NCBI GenBank assembly: GCA_964016885.1
Contig: OZ024742.1
Coordinates: 86,800,001-86,864,000, forward strand
Origin: Eledone cirrhosa
Taxonomy: Eukaryota
Reading direction: 5' to 3'
DNA length: 64,000 bases
Shown here: positions 15,100-31,532 of the stretch, one piece after another
How the letters are laid out: each line of letters begins with the position of its first letter
Numbering within the stretch: the first letter of the stretch is position 1
Translations under genes and position numbers: made by a program
The notes under the pieces: model-generated
What the model was told of the DNA's origin: nothing
Database searches by the model: none
Seen by the model: only the letters and a program-made list of their open reading frames with translations

Positions 15100-16450
15100 C
15101 CTTTCTATAACAATGCACATGACGGTGTAGATTGTATGGGTGCCTTTCACTAGACCATCGCATTGAGTATAGTTTGGAAGACATGTACGATAGAAGCCGG
15201 TGGGACACTCAGATTTTAACGAAATGTTATATTGAACACTGCATAAGGAAAATATCAGATCTGGGACAGGAACTAAGGAAGCAAAGAAAATCATACTGCT
15301 TGGAACTTATACACTCCTATCTGCTGATAAGAGTAAACTATCTCATGCACCACGTATACAATATATTCTAACATGTAACTGTACAGTTTTTATCGACATA
15401 AAACAATTTATTTAAAACAGTTTAATGCAATTCACAGCGTTTCCTAGATATAATATTTTTAATATTCTTTCAATTAAACTATCTTATTTTAACTCCATAA
15501 ACCTAGACAATTATATGTCGAATATATATCACCGGTGGCATTATATTTATGACAAACAAGATCCCTCACCATAAACGACGGAATAAGCAACGCCAAATGG
15601 CAAGGATAATATTGAGATCCTGCTTGACATATCTGCCGTTAGCATCGGTGAGTACTTACATAGGAAGCGTGTAACGTTGTTATGACCGAAACAGCTATAT
15701 ATATTTTGTACACTTTACTAGTTATGGCTGACTTAAGATATGTTCTAGTTTTATTGTGAGTTCGTTGATTTGCCCCTCAACTAAACCTCATACGTAGTCT
15801 TCCATACATTTGGGGTGACCAGATTGTCATTGCTCACACTCTCCATTAAAGACCCTCTCCAACATTATTCTATTTTCAGCAACATTGGCCATCAGGGCCT
15901 GAGAGTAGAAAGTGAGATGGCATAACATTTCCCTTTTTTCTTCCATATTTATTTGGATGACTGTTAGAACATCTATAATATATCTGCATAATTATATATT
16001 ATTCCTTCGATTGATCGTGGTTCAGATCATGTTTTATTTTTTTTTGTCAAAGAAGAAGAGCCGAAACATTCTAGACCCTAGATATTTCAAATTTCTCAGC
16101 AAGCGTGTCGCGTGTATCAAACAGTTATCTTTCTTTTTTGATTTAGAGAAATGAATTGAAGATTCCGCTTGATATGAGAATTGTATCAAAGGTCCACTTG
16201 CACAACTTGTCGATAGTTTGCCTTCATACAATAAACTCATCAGTAATGGCAATGATTTATATTTTGGAATCTTTTCGATAAATTTCGGTAAAAGTAAATT
16301 CATTGTAGATTTTACCATGACATATTTCTGGTGGGATGGTAGTTGTCCGTTTATTTATGACGTCTTGTACATCTATTTAAATGATATAATGATATATTCG
16401 GTGCAGATTCTTGCAGAGTAAAGGACCATACAATGCCTCTTTAATTAAAG
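15100..16450 (-). mobile_element. Highly decayed Penelope-like RT remnant
   Basis: LYEGKL; SSIHFSKSKKKDNCL, resembling HPSIxFTxExEKDNxL; YLKSAI. Many stops. Confidence 0.45.
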
Positions 16451-17106
16451 CTAGTATTCTATGATTTCGTGATGCTGATCAGATGTATATGGTGTTTTAT
16501 TTTCGATCTACATTTGTATTGTACTACTTGGATTAACAAATTAATCCTCCATATGACTACGGTGAGAATTAATTTATTAAACTGAAGAATTGTATACCCA
16601 GCTTAAGATATTTACGCAAAGCTGAGTTTCCCAACGTTTTTTTGTTGTTATTACTGATGATCTTCGTTTACGATATCCACTAAGAATTCAAATAAACTAC
16701 ATTATACATTGAATTTATGGTGACACACTAAAAATAATATTTTATGACCTTCGATGTAGAAAGTGATAAGTGTTTCTATTTGTAGTGTATTTTATGAGTT
16801 ATTCGATAACTATTTTGCTAAGAAGACTAATGATATATCTGAAGGTAGAAATATGTTTTTTCTGTTTGTTATTTTTCATTAGAAACCACAATCCTTTAGT
16901 TTCTATATATTTATATTTCAGGCAAAATGCCCGAAATATTAAAAGATGTATAGTCGATTTATTGATAACAATATATCATTATTACTCCTATGTTTCTCTC
17001 CTGAACGATGAAATGAAAATTAGACATTGCCAGTATTTATCTCTCATAATACAATATGGCTCATTCAGTAGACGCTATCACACACAAGGTTTGTAGATAA
17101 AATAAA

Positions 17107-17285
17107 TGTTTCTACTTTAGGCACAAGGCCAGCAATATCCAGTGCATTACTGGTACTTTATTTTATTGACCCCGTAAGGATGAAAGGCAAAGTCAACTTC
17201 GACGGGATTTGAACTCAGATCGTAAAGGGACGTAACTATACTGGAAAGCATGGCGTCCGACCCTCTACCGATACTGCCAATCCAC
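17107..17285 (-). mobile_element. tRNA-derived SINE, family A (Meta-domain-like core)
   Basis: A box TGGCAGTATCGG, B box GAGTTCAAATCC, and core GACTTTGCCTTTCATCCTTACGGGGTC..AAAATAAAGTACC. Multiple copies in the window. Confidence 0.88.
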
Positions 17286-18017
17286 GATATTTCCTAGGCA
17301 ACTTCAAATGTGTTTATATACGTACCTGGACACACATAAGGGTGTACCCTGAAACAATTTGTATCATTTGAATTATTAGTGTTGAATTATATAGAGCATG
17401 ACGCTAAAATATCTCTGCATATTTCGCAATATATCTTAGTATTCTAATACTTACAAACGGTTCCTCACACAACCAAACACACACACACTTACACATCCAA
17501 AGCTTCATCCTCCTCTACATATATATAAATACATAATTACATACATATATACATATATACATAGATAAGTACATACATACATACTTCCATAAATACATAC
17601 ATACATATGTACATATATACATACATAAATACGTACACACATACATAAATACATACATATATACATACCTAAATACGTACATATATGCAAACATACATAT
17701 ATACATAGTACATGAAGGACTTCTGCTCTATATAAAACTCGAAAACCCCTTTGACTTTACGTCTGTTCCTTCATGACATGCGATCTCAAATGGTTTTTGA
17801 ATCATGAAATACTGTAAAACATCATTCCATATAAAATAATAATGTTTCATTTCGTTGTTGTTTCCACATTGGATTTGTTTATCCTCGTGTCCCCTTTATT
17901 TACGTGTCCCAACGACTTTTTTTAGCCGTTGCTCGCACCAACCGGAGGTATATGGTCTTTAAAGCGATGAAATGCCTATGATAGTTGGAAGATGACTGAT
18001 GAAGGACAAACTTTTTT

Positions 18018-18048
<31 letters not shown>

Positions 18049-18077
18049 GCATACTCACACGAACCCCCCCCCACACG

Positions 18078-18157
<80 letters not shown>

Positions 18158-18168
18158 CATATACATCT

Positions 18169-18450
18169 GGAGGCACGTGGCCTAGTGGCAAGGGTGTTGG
18201 ACATACGGTCATAATGTCGTAGGTTCGATTCCTAGGTACCGTATTGTGTTCTTGAGCAAAACATTTTATTAAACATTGCTCCATTAAGCTCGGCTGAAAA
18301 TGAGTACCGGCAATAGCTGGGGGTTTAAGCCTGCGACGGACTCTCATCCTCTCCAGGGGGAATTCTTTTACTCCCAGTCAACTCACGCCACGAAAGCGGG
18401 ATATGCACCGGGATTAGAGCCTTCTGGCTTATAACACTCTTTAGACTTTT
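18169..18450 (+). mobile_element. tRNA-derived SINE, family B
   Basis: A box TGGCCTAGTGG and B box GGTTCGATTCC, followed by TGTGTTCTTGAGCAAAACA and CCTGCGACGGACT..TCCAGGGGG SINE-body motifs. Confidence 0.82.
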
Positions 18451-19256
18451 TTTTAGATATATATACATATTTGTGCGTGTACATTGTGTTTGGACATGTA
18501 TGTGCAAATGCCCAAATTTTGTAAAAATCGTTCTGTAATTAAATAAAATATGATTTTGATTATACAAAATACAGTACATGATCAAAAGAGATGCCTTACT
18601 ATTATGGGTGTTTATGATTGCCTTAAACCCACAAGTAGAAATCGGAAATTACTTTGGCAAGGAAGTCATCGAAAATCTAGTAGACACATGCATATATTTG
18701 TCATATACATTGTCATATATATTTGTCATATATTTGCCGATATATGCTTATGAAACGGAGCGAAAACACTTCTTATATAACAATGGTTTAGCTGTCAAAT
18801 GATGGTTTGTTACTAATTGGATTCTACCATAACACGAATATCTTCCACGATATGTTTTAAAATGTAAACATATATTCATATATTGAATTAACGAACCAAA
18901 CTCTGAGCTCAGAAACATGAAGCTTTTGATCACGATCACACCAATGAAAAATTGAAACAGTATAAACATAAGCACAGCCATTTATCTATTATTCCATTAA
19001 CATATCGTACTAATCAATGAAAGAACAAACTGAATAATACTGATATGTATTGCAATTTTCGAAAGCTACGTATTACTTGACAAAATACATAATATAAATA
19101 CTCTCATTTTCGAAAGTGTTTTTTTATATAAATCTCTCTATCTCTCTCTCTATATATATAAGGTATTGTAAGCACTCTGTGAACAGTAATGCTATGTCAT
19201 CAATGCCCCAACATGTCATCAGCCTGTCCGCTGGAACACGTAAAAGTGTAATGTAG

Positions 19257-19320
<64 letters not shown>

Positions 19321-19796
19321 TTGTGGGTTTGTTTGTGAGTGTGTGTGTGTGTGCATGTTTTTGTGTGCAGGTATATGTGTGATAGTGTATGGGTGGTGAA
19401 GGATCCCGATGTTAAGATTTTGATTTCCATTCTAAGATGAGGGTATTCTCATTCTGTATGACTTTTAATTTCATCTTGCTCCATTCCATGCAGCTCTCAA
19501 ATTCGATTATCATTCATTTTCTCATATTCTACCATTTTCAATATTACGTTAAGGATGTACGTGTCTGTGGAATGCTCACATCAATTTCCTGAATAGTCTA
19601 GAATGTTGTCCAACAACTGGTGCAATTGTCATCGGAATCCAAAGCTGTCGAAAAGTGTACACATACCCATAACCATACACAAGTTTGTTTTACATACACA
19701 CACACAGACAAACACACACAAAGACCCTCACACGCAGGTGCACGCACACACACACAACACATATATATAAAGGCATGCACGCACACGAACACACAT

Positions 19797-19849
<53 letters not shown>

Positions 19850-20385
19850 CGTGTGTGTATGTGTGTGATGGGTGCGGGTGTGTGTGTCTATGTGTGTATG
19901 TATGAGTGTGCTTAATTATGTGAGCAACATATTAGAAGTGTTTTAAAAATATTTAACCTCATGAAGACGTCGGAAAAATTAAGGAGTAATATCTCGAAAA
20001 ATGTGTATAGCAAATGTAAATGGTTTGCTGAGGTACTTTAATGCTGAAACAAACTGGAGAATCAACTTAAGATCTTAAATAATCAAATATTTCGTACATT
20101 TATTCATAATTTTCAAATGTTCTTATTAGAAATTCATTAAGCATATCATTTTAACAATTTATTATATTTGATCTTTAAATTTTCAACTTTGTTTGAGTTC
20201 ATCATTGATATTGTTATCGAAATTTAATTTTTACTTGATACATTTTAATCATAATCTGCAACGTCTACATCGTCAACATCATCAACATCATCAGTAGGAA
20301 CATCAACAACTTCGCAGGTGCCATTGTTGTGTAAACATAACGAAATCAAAAATGTGTTCAATACACACACACACACACGCACACA

Positions 20386-20460
<75 letters not shown>

Positions 20461-20734
20461 CAATCTAATATTTGATAAAATAATAAATAAATCTGCTCAA
20501 AATATGCAGCAATCTATTAGAACGTTGTGACTCAAATGATTCGATGTAATTCTAATTATTTCTAATTTTATCACATTTAACTAATTTTCAGTAAGAGGAA
20601 GGAGCGCTCCTCGGGGATGACCCTGTGATATTAGTATCGACAATGCTACACACACACTCACACACACACACAGAAACACACACACGCACACACACACACA
20701 CACACACCCACACACACACACATACACACACACC

Positions 20735-20822
<88 letters not shown>

Positions 20823-21480
20823 TATAAATATATCTATATATATATAAATCTGGAGAACAATTACTTGTTTTTTTTTTTCGTTTCAAATCACCTTGCAACG
20901 TGAACTCGGCTACAAAATAATTGTCATCTTATGTTTCGAAATTAAATCAGAAAGAATACATTCTTTTTTATCTCAATCTTTTATAAAATGCTACATCCAC
21001 CTTCCACAAACACAAATTGAGATTAAATCGAATAACATTATATATTTTCGGAGTTTTCTTTTAAGTTTTCCTTTTAACTCAACGTCGATTATTTCTCTCA
21101 TTAACAGCTGAAATATACAAATGAAACAGAATCACTTGTGCATAGCATAGTACGATGATCCATTTTTTTCTTTTCCTTTGACAAATAAAGAACCTAATTG
21201 ATGAGTTTAGATAATTGAGGTTTTCTATGTTCAGATTTCTTGCAATATGTATTGGCATTCTTAAGAATACAGCTGAAATTATGAGAAAGAAATGATCCTG
21301 AATGGAGAAGATCAAAGTTCTTAGAGAGCACTAATCAGTGTATGATTTTGAAGAAAGGTAGCAGATATTTAAAGGGAAAAAACCTCAGTTTTCACCACTG
21401 ATTCAGTGATAATACATATCTTATAGGAATTCTAGAGACAATGGAAGACTGGTGTTTATATGTATTGTAATAAATCTATA

Positions 21481-23823
<2,343 letters not shown>

Positions 23824-23884
23824 GTTATTATTATTATTATTATTATTTTTATTTTTTTATTATTATTATTAATATTACTATTAA

Positions 23885-24608
23885 TTCTCGAGGAACCGTA
23901 AGGGAAAAGTCCTTAATCAAAGCTTCCTGTGGTTCCTATCAGAAGCAACCGTTTCCACCTACTCCTGCTTGCTCCTCTGGTGTGACTAGCCGAGATCATG
24001 TGTTTTAGCCAATCATCTAGCCCCGGGTCTACCCATGGATCTCTTGCCGGATGGTTTTGCCCGTTAAATATTTCCAGCTATTCTTTTCTGAGACATTCGA
24101 ACAATATGTTCATTGTACCTCTCAAGTTGGAGACGTACCCGCTCTATTTGAACGACTCTTAGATCTCCGAGCTACGCACTCTATCGAGTAATGTTACTCC
24201 AAAACCCTTGAGAAGAAACACATTATCTGTGTCACAGAGGATAGGTGACAGTAAGAATTATCGTAAATTAAATGGTTTGGAATTTGCTCTATTTATCCTA
24301 ACACAAATACACGGGTTTTCCTATAGAGACTTCCGTATGACACGAACACATACACATGAAGAGGTTTCCACGGCAGGCGCCGTGGAACGCATTCATGATC
24401 CTTTTCTTGTCATACAAAGAACGATTACACCTCTTGGGAGTTCCCATGATTTCATAAAGACCTGCCTCAATGTGACAATTTAGTCGCCTGTATTGCTTTT
24501 GTGCATCAGCTAGACTGGACTACACAATCTTCCTACACCTCCTTGCCTGACACCTTAGAGGGTATGTTTACCAAGGTGATAATACTATAATTAGTGCGAT
24601 ATCTATAG
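23885..24608 (-). mobile_element. Decayed RTE-clade LINE, 3' part (RT with internal deletion, and C-terminus)
   Basis: Manual translation gives RTNYSIITLVNIPSKV, TLRQVFMKSWE, ICVRINRANSKPF, GVTLLDRVRSSEI and PSGKRSMGRPGAR. It ends in a (TAA)n tail. Confidence 0.8.
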
Positions 24609-24619
24609 GTTGTAGGCGG

Positions 24620-25938
24620 TGCTCCCTCAACTAAATTCAGTGCTCTGGTACCGTAGAATTGGATGAAAAATGGGAAATCCACTATTCAGGTGTGACGCCA
24701 GAAATCTTTCAGAAAGAGTTATGGATTTGATACCATTAGGAGGGCCGATTTTTTAAACAAGTAATCCGTATCCAGATGCTTCTTCCATGAATTCACTACA
24801 GCGCTAGATGTAGTTATGTCTCATTCATATATCCTAATGGGGGACTTTAATGCACATGTTGGTACTGAACACATTGCATGGAAAGGTGTAATTGGAAGGC
24901 ACGTCGATTCCTATCTATACAGAAAGGGAGAAGCCTTATTAGTCTTATGTTGTAGCAAACGGTTCTATTATGAACAACGTCTTCCAGTACAGAGACATCC
25001 ATAATTATACATGTAGTAAGAAATCAGAGATAGAGATCAATCATTGATTTTGTTTTCGTCTTTGCCCTCTCCGCTTCTCTGCTGGATATTTGTGTTTAGG
25101 GAAGGGCTGAGATGTCAACTGAAGATCTAGTTACCTGCAACTTTGGTTTACTTAAAGCCAAAGAATCTCACAATCGCAAGGTACATGTCAACTTAAGAAG
25201 CGTCCGTGGATAGGAAAGTGAGGACCAGGTATGCAAATACTATTGCATCAAAATTCAGAGCACTCTATAAGCAAACTGATGAAGTTAAAATGAAGTGGCG
25301 ATTGTTCAGCTCAACAGTTTCTGCTTCAACTATTAAAAGCTGAGAGCGAAAAAGGCTTGGTGTGGAACCGTGTTGCAGGTGCACACGTTTGTTCAATCAA
25401 GAGGTCAAATATTCCTTACGAACAAATGAGGCCGATAAAGTTTGGCTTCGAAATAAGTCCTCTTTTTTGCAATTGCGATAGTAAAAGCCAAAGTGTAGAC
25501 ATGAGTTGACTTTCGGTTTTAGCTGGTTTCCAACTTCACATCAGCAAATATAATGTTCTGACTGGCCATTAGCGGACTTCGAAATAAATATTTCTCCTCC
25601 ACACCCGCTATAAGGAATGCCTGTGATGTTTTCCTCATTTCAGGAAGGTGCATTCTTGCAAGGTTGAGAAATTACTGTGATGATCTCCTAAACCCAATCA
25701 CAAGAGAATCGTGTGGGATAAAAGAGTTGCATTTTGGATCGGTGACGAATATCTATGAGGTTGAGGTCACAGCACAAATTTATCGATGATACGGGGGAGA
25801 TGACATTTCGCCTGAGATGAAAAAAGCCTTAAATAGAGAGGCATTCTCTTGCTGACAAGTGTGTGCCGTGTGGTATCGTTCTCTTGAAAGGAATCTCAGC
25901 AATGGAAATCGATCCTGGCAATCCACATTTTCAAAATG
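24620..25938 (+). mobile_element. Decayed RTE-clade LINE, inverted 5' part (APE endonuclease, linker, start of RT)
   Basis: ILMGDFNAHVG, WKGVIGRH, SIIDFVFV, GGDDISPEMKKAL and QQWKSILAIHIFK. Confidence 0.8.
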
Positions 25939-25939
25939 C

Positions 25940-26130
25940 CTATCAGTTATGTAATTTGTTTATCCCAATTACATCCGAATATTTTTCATGCTTCCCATGA
26001 AGATAAAATTTGGATAACATTTCTTCAGCTATTTGAATTAATGAATCTCTCAACCAATACAAAGGTAAAAGCACCAGACACTTCGCTGAGCCTTCTGAAC
26101 TTTATGTCTATATCAGTTTCCTTTATTATT
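25940..26130 (+). repeat. Unclassified dispersed repeat; second copy at ~33100-33300
   Basis: Shared CATGCTTC..TGAAGATAAA, GAATTAATGA..CTCAACCAATACAAAGG and CACTTCG.TGAGCC. Confidence 0.75.
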
Positions 26131-26167
26131 TTCCATCTGTTTAATTACATATAAATACACACACACA

Positions 26168-26169
<2 letters not shown>

Positions 26170-26256
<87 letters not shown>

Positions 26257-26265
26257 ACATATATG

Positions 26266-26352
<87 letters not shown>

Positions 26353-26355
26353 ACA

Positions 26356-26445
<90 letters not shown>

Positions 26446-26477
26446 CATATATGTATATATATATATATATGTATACA

Positions 26478-26532
<55 letters not shown>

Positions 26533-26582
26533 TGTATATATATATATGTATACATATATGTATATATATATATATGTATACA

Positions 26583-26635
<53 letters not shown>

Positions 26636-26652
26636 TGTATATATATATACAT

Positions 26653-26692
<40 letters not shown>
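26170..26692. repeat. Long interrupted (TA)n microsatellite, representative of dozens in the window (e.g. 7400-7850, 8530-8940, 9500-9970, 34540-35020)
   Basis: Seen directly. Confidence 0.97.
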
Positions 26693-26694
<2 letters not shown>

Positions 26695-26828
26695 CACTTT
26701 TTGGACTTTCGCAGTTATCTCCCTTACACCTCTCGCACGCAGTCTAGTATTTCCTGTGTGATGTGACCGGGTTCCTTCGCATGCGCGTTCAATCGGTTGT
26801 CCTTCCTGTTCCTATAACCATGCACATT

Positions 26829-26868
26829 CCGAGCTGAGGATCCACTAAGTTGAAACAATTGTTCTAGG
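26829..26868 (+). ncRNA. Minimal hammerhead ribozyme (Penelope pLTR type)
   Basis: CCGAG-CUGAGGA-UCCACUAAGUU-GAAA-CAAUUG-UU-CUAGG, with palindromic stem III and weak stem II. Same family as 61981-62118. Confidence 0.6.
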
Positions 26869-26967
26869 TATGGTGAACTAACTGTTATGTAACCATTTAT
26901 ATATATATATATATATGAGAGACGTAAAATAAGAAAATTATAAAATTAACTTACTTACTAAAATTTC

Positions 26968-27050
26968 ACTCCCAACTAATTAGTTTCTGAAAGGGAATAA
27001 ACATACTTTCCGAAGAAGTGTACAGAGAAGCCTTTCCTCATCAGGGAAGT
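26968..27050 (-). ncRNA. Type I hammerhead ribozyme, array 1 copy 1
   Basis: Minus strand reads ACUUCC-CUGAUGA-G-GAAAGG...C(UUCG)G hairpin...CCUUUC-A-GAAA-CUAAUUAG-UU-GGGAGU. Stem I is 6 bp with one G-U pair. Confidence 0.82.
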
Positions 27051-27488
27051 ATATTCTCAGCTAAGTTTCCAGGCAATAGGTGGACACTGGGAACTTATAC
27101 AAAAATAATTTAGTGGATAGAAAAAAGCAAAGCGTGGACTAAATTCCTAGCCATTGAGAAAATCACTGCCTACTGCGTCGGTGGCAAATTCAAAAGAACC
27201 AATCACGTGACATCGAGGTCAATCAGTGGAAAGTGGTTTGTTAAGAAGACAGCAGCCTGACTGTTACCATAGCAGCAGTCTTGGCCAATTTTGCTCGACA
27301 AATAATTTGGAGATAATTATAAAGAATTAGTATATCTAGTAACATATATATACATACAGATGCATACTTATGCTAGCAAATATATAGGTTTTGTCTTAGT
27401 AACTTTGTGGTTCAATGCATGGGGTTGCAGAACAATAATATGAGAGACGTAAAATAAGAAAATTATAAAATTAACTTACTAAAATTTC

Positions 27489-27571
27489 ACTCCCAACTAA
27501 TTAGTTTCTGAAAGGGAATAAATATACTTTCCGAAGAAGTGTACAGAGAAGCCTTTCCTCATCAGGCAAGA
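27489..27571 (-). ncRNA. Type I hammerhead ribozyme, array 1 copy 2 (stem I weakened)
   Basis: Core, stem II and stem III match copy 1, but the 5' strand of stem I is UCUUGC, giving two mismatches against GGGAGU. Confidence 0.7.
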
Positions 27572-28492
27572 CTATTCTCAGCTAAGTTTCCAGGCAATAG
27601 GTGGACACTGGGAACTTATACAAAAATAATTTAGTGGATAGAAAAAAGCAAAGCGTGGACTAAATTCCTAGCCATTGAGAAAATCACTGCCTACTGCGTC
27701 GGTGGCAAATTCAAAAGAATCAATAACGTGACATCGAGGTCAATCAGTGGAAAGTGGTTTGTTAAGAAGACAGCAGCCTGACTGTTACCATAGCAGCAGT
27801 CTTGGCCAATTTTGCTCGACAAATAATTCGGAGATAATTATAAATAATTAGTATATCTAGTAACATATATATACACACAGATGCATACTTATGCTAGCAA
27901 ATATATAGGTTTTGTCTTAGTAACTTTATATATATATATATAAATGGTTACACAACCGTTCAATGGACGAAGAAAATCTTGTGATCTCTGTGTTACGGAA
28001 GCATATTACATAACTCGATCACGACCTCTACTGATTAACGATAGAACGGAGGTAACCATTAGCTGTGAACATCGAAAAGCTAATTCCTTCGCCAATAGAA
28101 TTGTTGACCCAACTTAGTCATGTAGCCCCATTTTTACTTGTAGCTAATAAGTTAAATTGCTATGAAAAACTCGATAATTATAAGTTACCTCCCCTATAAG
28201 TTGTCTCTCAATTAAAACATTTAAAAACTAGCACTTAAATATAAACACTCACAATCCCTAATCTCTCGAGAAGTTACTTCCCCTGAAACCACCCTCTAAT
28301 TAGTAAGGTAAATACGCCATTTGGCAGCCATCTTGTTACCCATATGCAGATCTCACACAATGCAACCTGGACAGATGAATACTGCTTGATTATGGCTGAG
28401 AAATGCTGCAACCAAGACACCATAGTAAAAACCAATATATGGAATATTATATTATGTAACATTATCCCATTATTTTAATTTATATTCCTTTG

Positions 28493-28617
28493 AAGTTCCG
28501 ATGAGCCACTCTGTTTTTTAAATATGTTAATTATTTTCAACTGAACCAGATCAATTATGATATATAGTCAACACTTCCAGAAATATTATATGGAGTAGCG
28601 AAACAATTGTAAATGGA
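28493..28617 (+). ncRNA. Decayed long-stem-II hammerhead-like motif
   Basis: CCGAUGA-GCCACUC...GAGUAGC-GAAA-CAAUUG-UA. Stem I pairs poorly. Confidence 0.45.
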
Positions 28618-28761
28618 CATTATTATTATTAATAGTATTATTATTATTCTCTACATTCCTTACATCAAACTAAAATATGTTGACAATCTTTTAATAATGT
28701 CTTCCTTGTGAAGTCTGTAGTCTTGTTTTGCTTAACTAATGAATATATATATATATATACA

Positions 28762-28992
28762 TAAAATTGCAAACTTGACTGTCACCACACATTATGAACC
28801 TGAAAATTGCGAAAGCATGAAAGTACTTGTTCAATCAACACTTAACATTTAATATTCTATCATACAATTTCATTACAAAACCAATATAAATTTTAAAGGA
28901 TTGTAAAGAAAACGAGTAAATCAGACAAAGTTGGAATTCCTTTATTAATATAATAATCTATACACAATCATAGACACCCGTGTATATTTATC
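28762..28992 (+). mobile_element. Short dispersed element with a minimal hammerhead at 28795-28833 (G8 mutated)
   Basis: UGAAC-CUGAAAA-UUGC GAAA GCAU-GAAA-GUAC-UU-GUUCA. Homologous to both arms of 58937-59273. Confidence 0.65.
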
Positions 28993-29057
28993 TATCCATA
29001 TATATATAAATATATATACATGTATATATATATATATATATATAATATATATATATT

Positions 29058-29135
<78 letters not shown>

Positions 29136-29151
29136 AATATATATATATATA

Positions 29152-29251
<100 letters not shown>

Positions 29252-30104
29252 TATATATAAATATTAAAAAAATAATGAATAAAACAATGAAACAGTTCCT
29301 TATATTAAACAAAAAAAGTTCATTATGTAACGATCGTTTCTAGGATATATATGTGTTAGAATTGGCATGCATATTCAACAGATCTATCTACAAAATTATA
29401 CAAAATTATACAAACTATCAAAATTAAATATACATACCAAACACATATATATGCCGTCTTCAGAAATAATTAAATATATTTATTGATAATAACAACAATT
29501 CAAAATTTCAGGTCTGCTTGGGAACAGAGTTCAAATTGACCAATGAAAATGCAAAAAGTGTATACAGTTAGGTGTGTGTATATACATGTAATTAACTTCA
29601 TTCACAGGTATGCATAAAGATATATGTTCACATGCATACGCATGCCAAAAAGATGTATGTAAATACAAAAATTCAAGGCTAATGTCTCTGTAAGTTTATA
29701 ATCTACAGATAAAATGCGTATAGACACATAAATATAAAATAAATATATACACACATTCATATACTCACACATATTCGTACATTCACACACACACGCGCGT
29801 ATACGCATAAACATACACATAACTACGAACATACATACACACATACACCCCCACACACATATATATGTGTATATACTATTATCATAAGCATATGGACATT
29901 AATGCACGCACATAAACACTGCCACACATATTTAGATCCAGATACAGAAATTAGGTGGGGGGGGGGAGAGGTCAGTATTCAACGGTGTCAGCAGACTGCC
30001 TATTTATAAATGTATCTATAAACTTAGAAATAAAAAGAAAAGAAAAAGAAAAAAGACATATATCAAGAAAATATATATATATATATATATGATTTATCTA
30101 CATA

Positions 30105-30180
<76 letters not shown>

Positions 30181-30302
30181 CTTGTGTATAATGGTAGCTA
30201 TGGTGCTTCCCTATGCGGTATACCAAAATTAGCACTCAATATTCAGCAGAGTAGAGTGTAGATAGACGAAAAATCAGTGATGCATCTGGACTCGATTTAT
30301 TG

Positions 30303-30393
30303 CGTGTTACAATTGTTTCGGCGGAAGGTATCTCGAGACACGCTTCCTGTATGCATCTGGCTTATTCTACGGCTGCAAGCTCCTTCAGCCACG
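30303..30393 (-). ncRNA. Decayed long-stem-II hammerhead-like motif
   Basis: Minus strand reads CGUGG-CUGAAGG...GCC-GAAA-CAAUUG-UA-ACACG. Stem I is CGUG/CACG. Confidence 0.4.
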
Positions 30394-30896
30394 GGTATTT
30401 CGCTCGTAGCAAATTTTATCACTGGGGTCTTATCTTCAAAAAACACCCCCAAAAAACCTCTTCCACTCTTGTTATGACATTGGCTGCTGTTACTCCACGT
30501 CATCTTATGTTCTGGTCATTAGCCATTTTCCGTCCGACACACTTCAATGGAGTCATGCTGGGTTCAGTATCTCACACATCTGTTCACACTCCAGTGCAAA
30601 CACCCACACATACGAATAAACACACACATATACACACACATGCAGACACAGACACATGCTTGCATACACACACGCACGCACACATGCGTAGACACACGCC
30701 CCCCCCCATATATATATATACATGTATATATACACACACACGCTCTTCTACACCTCCACAGACACAGACACAACCACTTCTAGACACAGACCGCCACAAG
30801 CCTTCTAACGGTGGCTTAAGTCGCGCCATATATCCAGTACGAGACACATACATACAAAATACACATACGTACACAAAATTACAAACACACATACAT

Positions 30897-30929
<33 letters not shown>

Positions 30930-31476
30930 CGCAAAACACTACATGTCTACGCACACCCACACATATACATACATATATACATGCAGACATATATACATCT
31001 AGATATACATACGCACACGGACTGCCACATGCAGGCACCTGCACAAATGCATACTTGCTTACACACACATGTTTCCACATATACATATATAAAGAAAACC
31101 GTAAATTAAAAATACATTATATAATAAAAAACACAATATACCATAAAATAACGGTAAAATATCATAAAATATCAATATTGTATACATTATAATCTATATA
31201 TACACATGCACAGACATTCGTACATACATATACGGATATATACAATGGATATATGATAAAATAATAGTAATAACATGTATATATACTCCATGTATAATCA
31301 TCCGTACACCTTCCTGTGATATGTGATGTAAACATAAATACACATACACATATATAGAGGCCCACATATGCATACACCCGCACCCTCACAAATATATATA
31401 TATATTCATATACATACACACATACGCACCCACATACACACACATACTCATACGTAGCCTTACGTACATACACACA

Positions 31477-31532
<56 letters not shown>

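Larger units (their letters stand above)
26912..27927 (-). mobile_element. Tandem array (~1.9 x ~525 bp) of a hammerhead-ribozyme repeat; diverged relative of the 56.8-kb array
   Basis: GAGAGACGTAAAATAAG occurs at 26917 and 27442. It shares blocks with array 2 (GGACACTGG, CAATCACGTGACAT, TTTGCTCGACAAAT, GTGGTTCAATGCA, TGCAGAACAATAATA) and is flanked by (TA)n. Confidence 0.88.

Noticed and set aside
18169-18240. tRNA gene (also the SINE A heads)
   Set aside because: A and B boxes are present, but there is no cloverleaf and the sequence continues into a SINE body.
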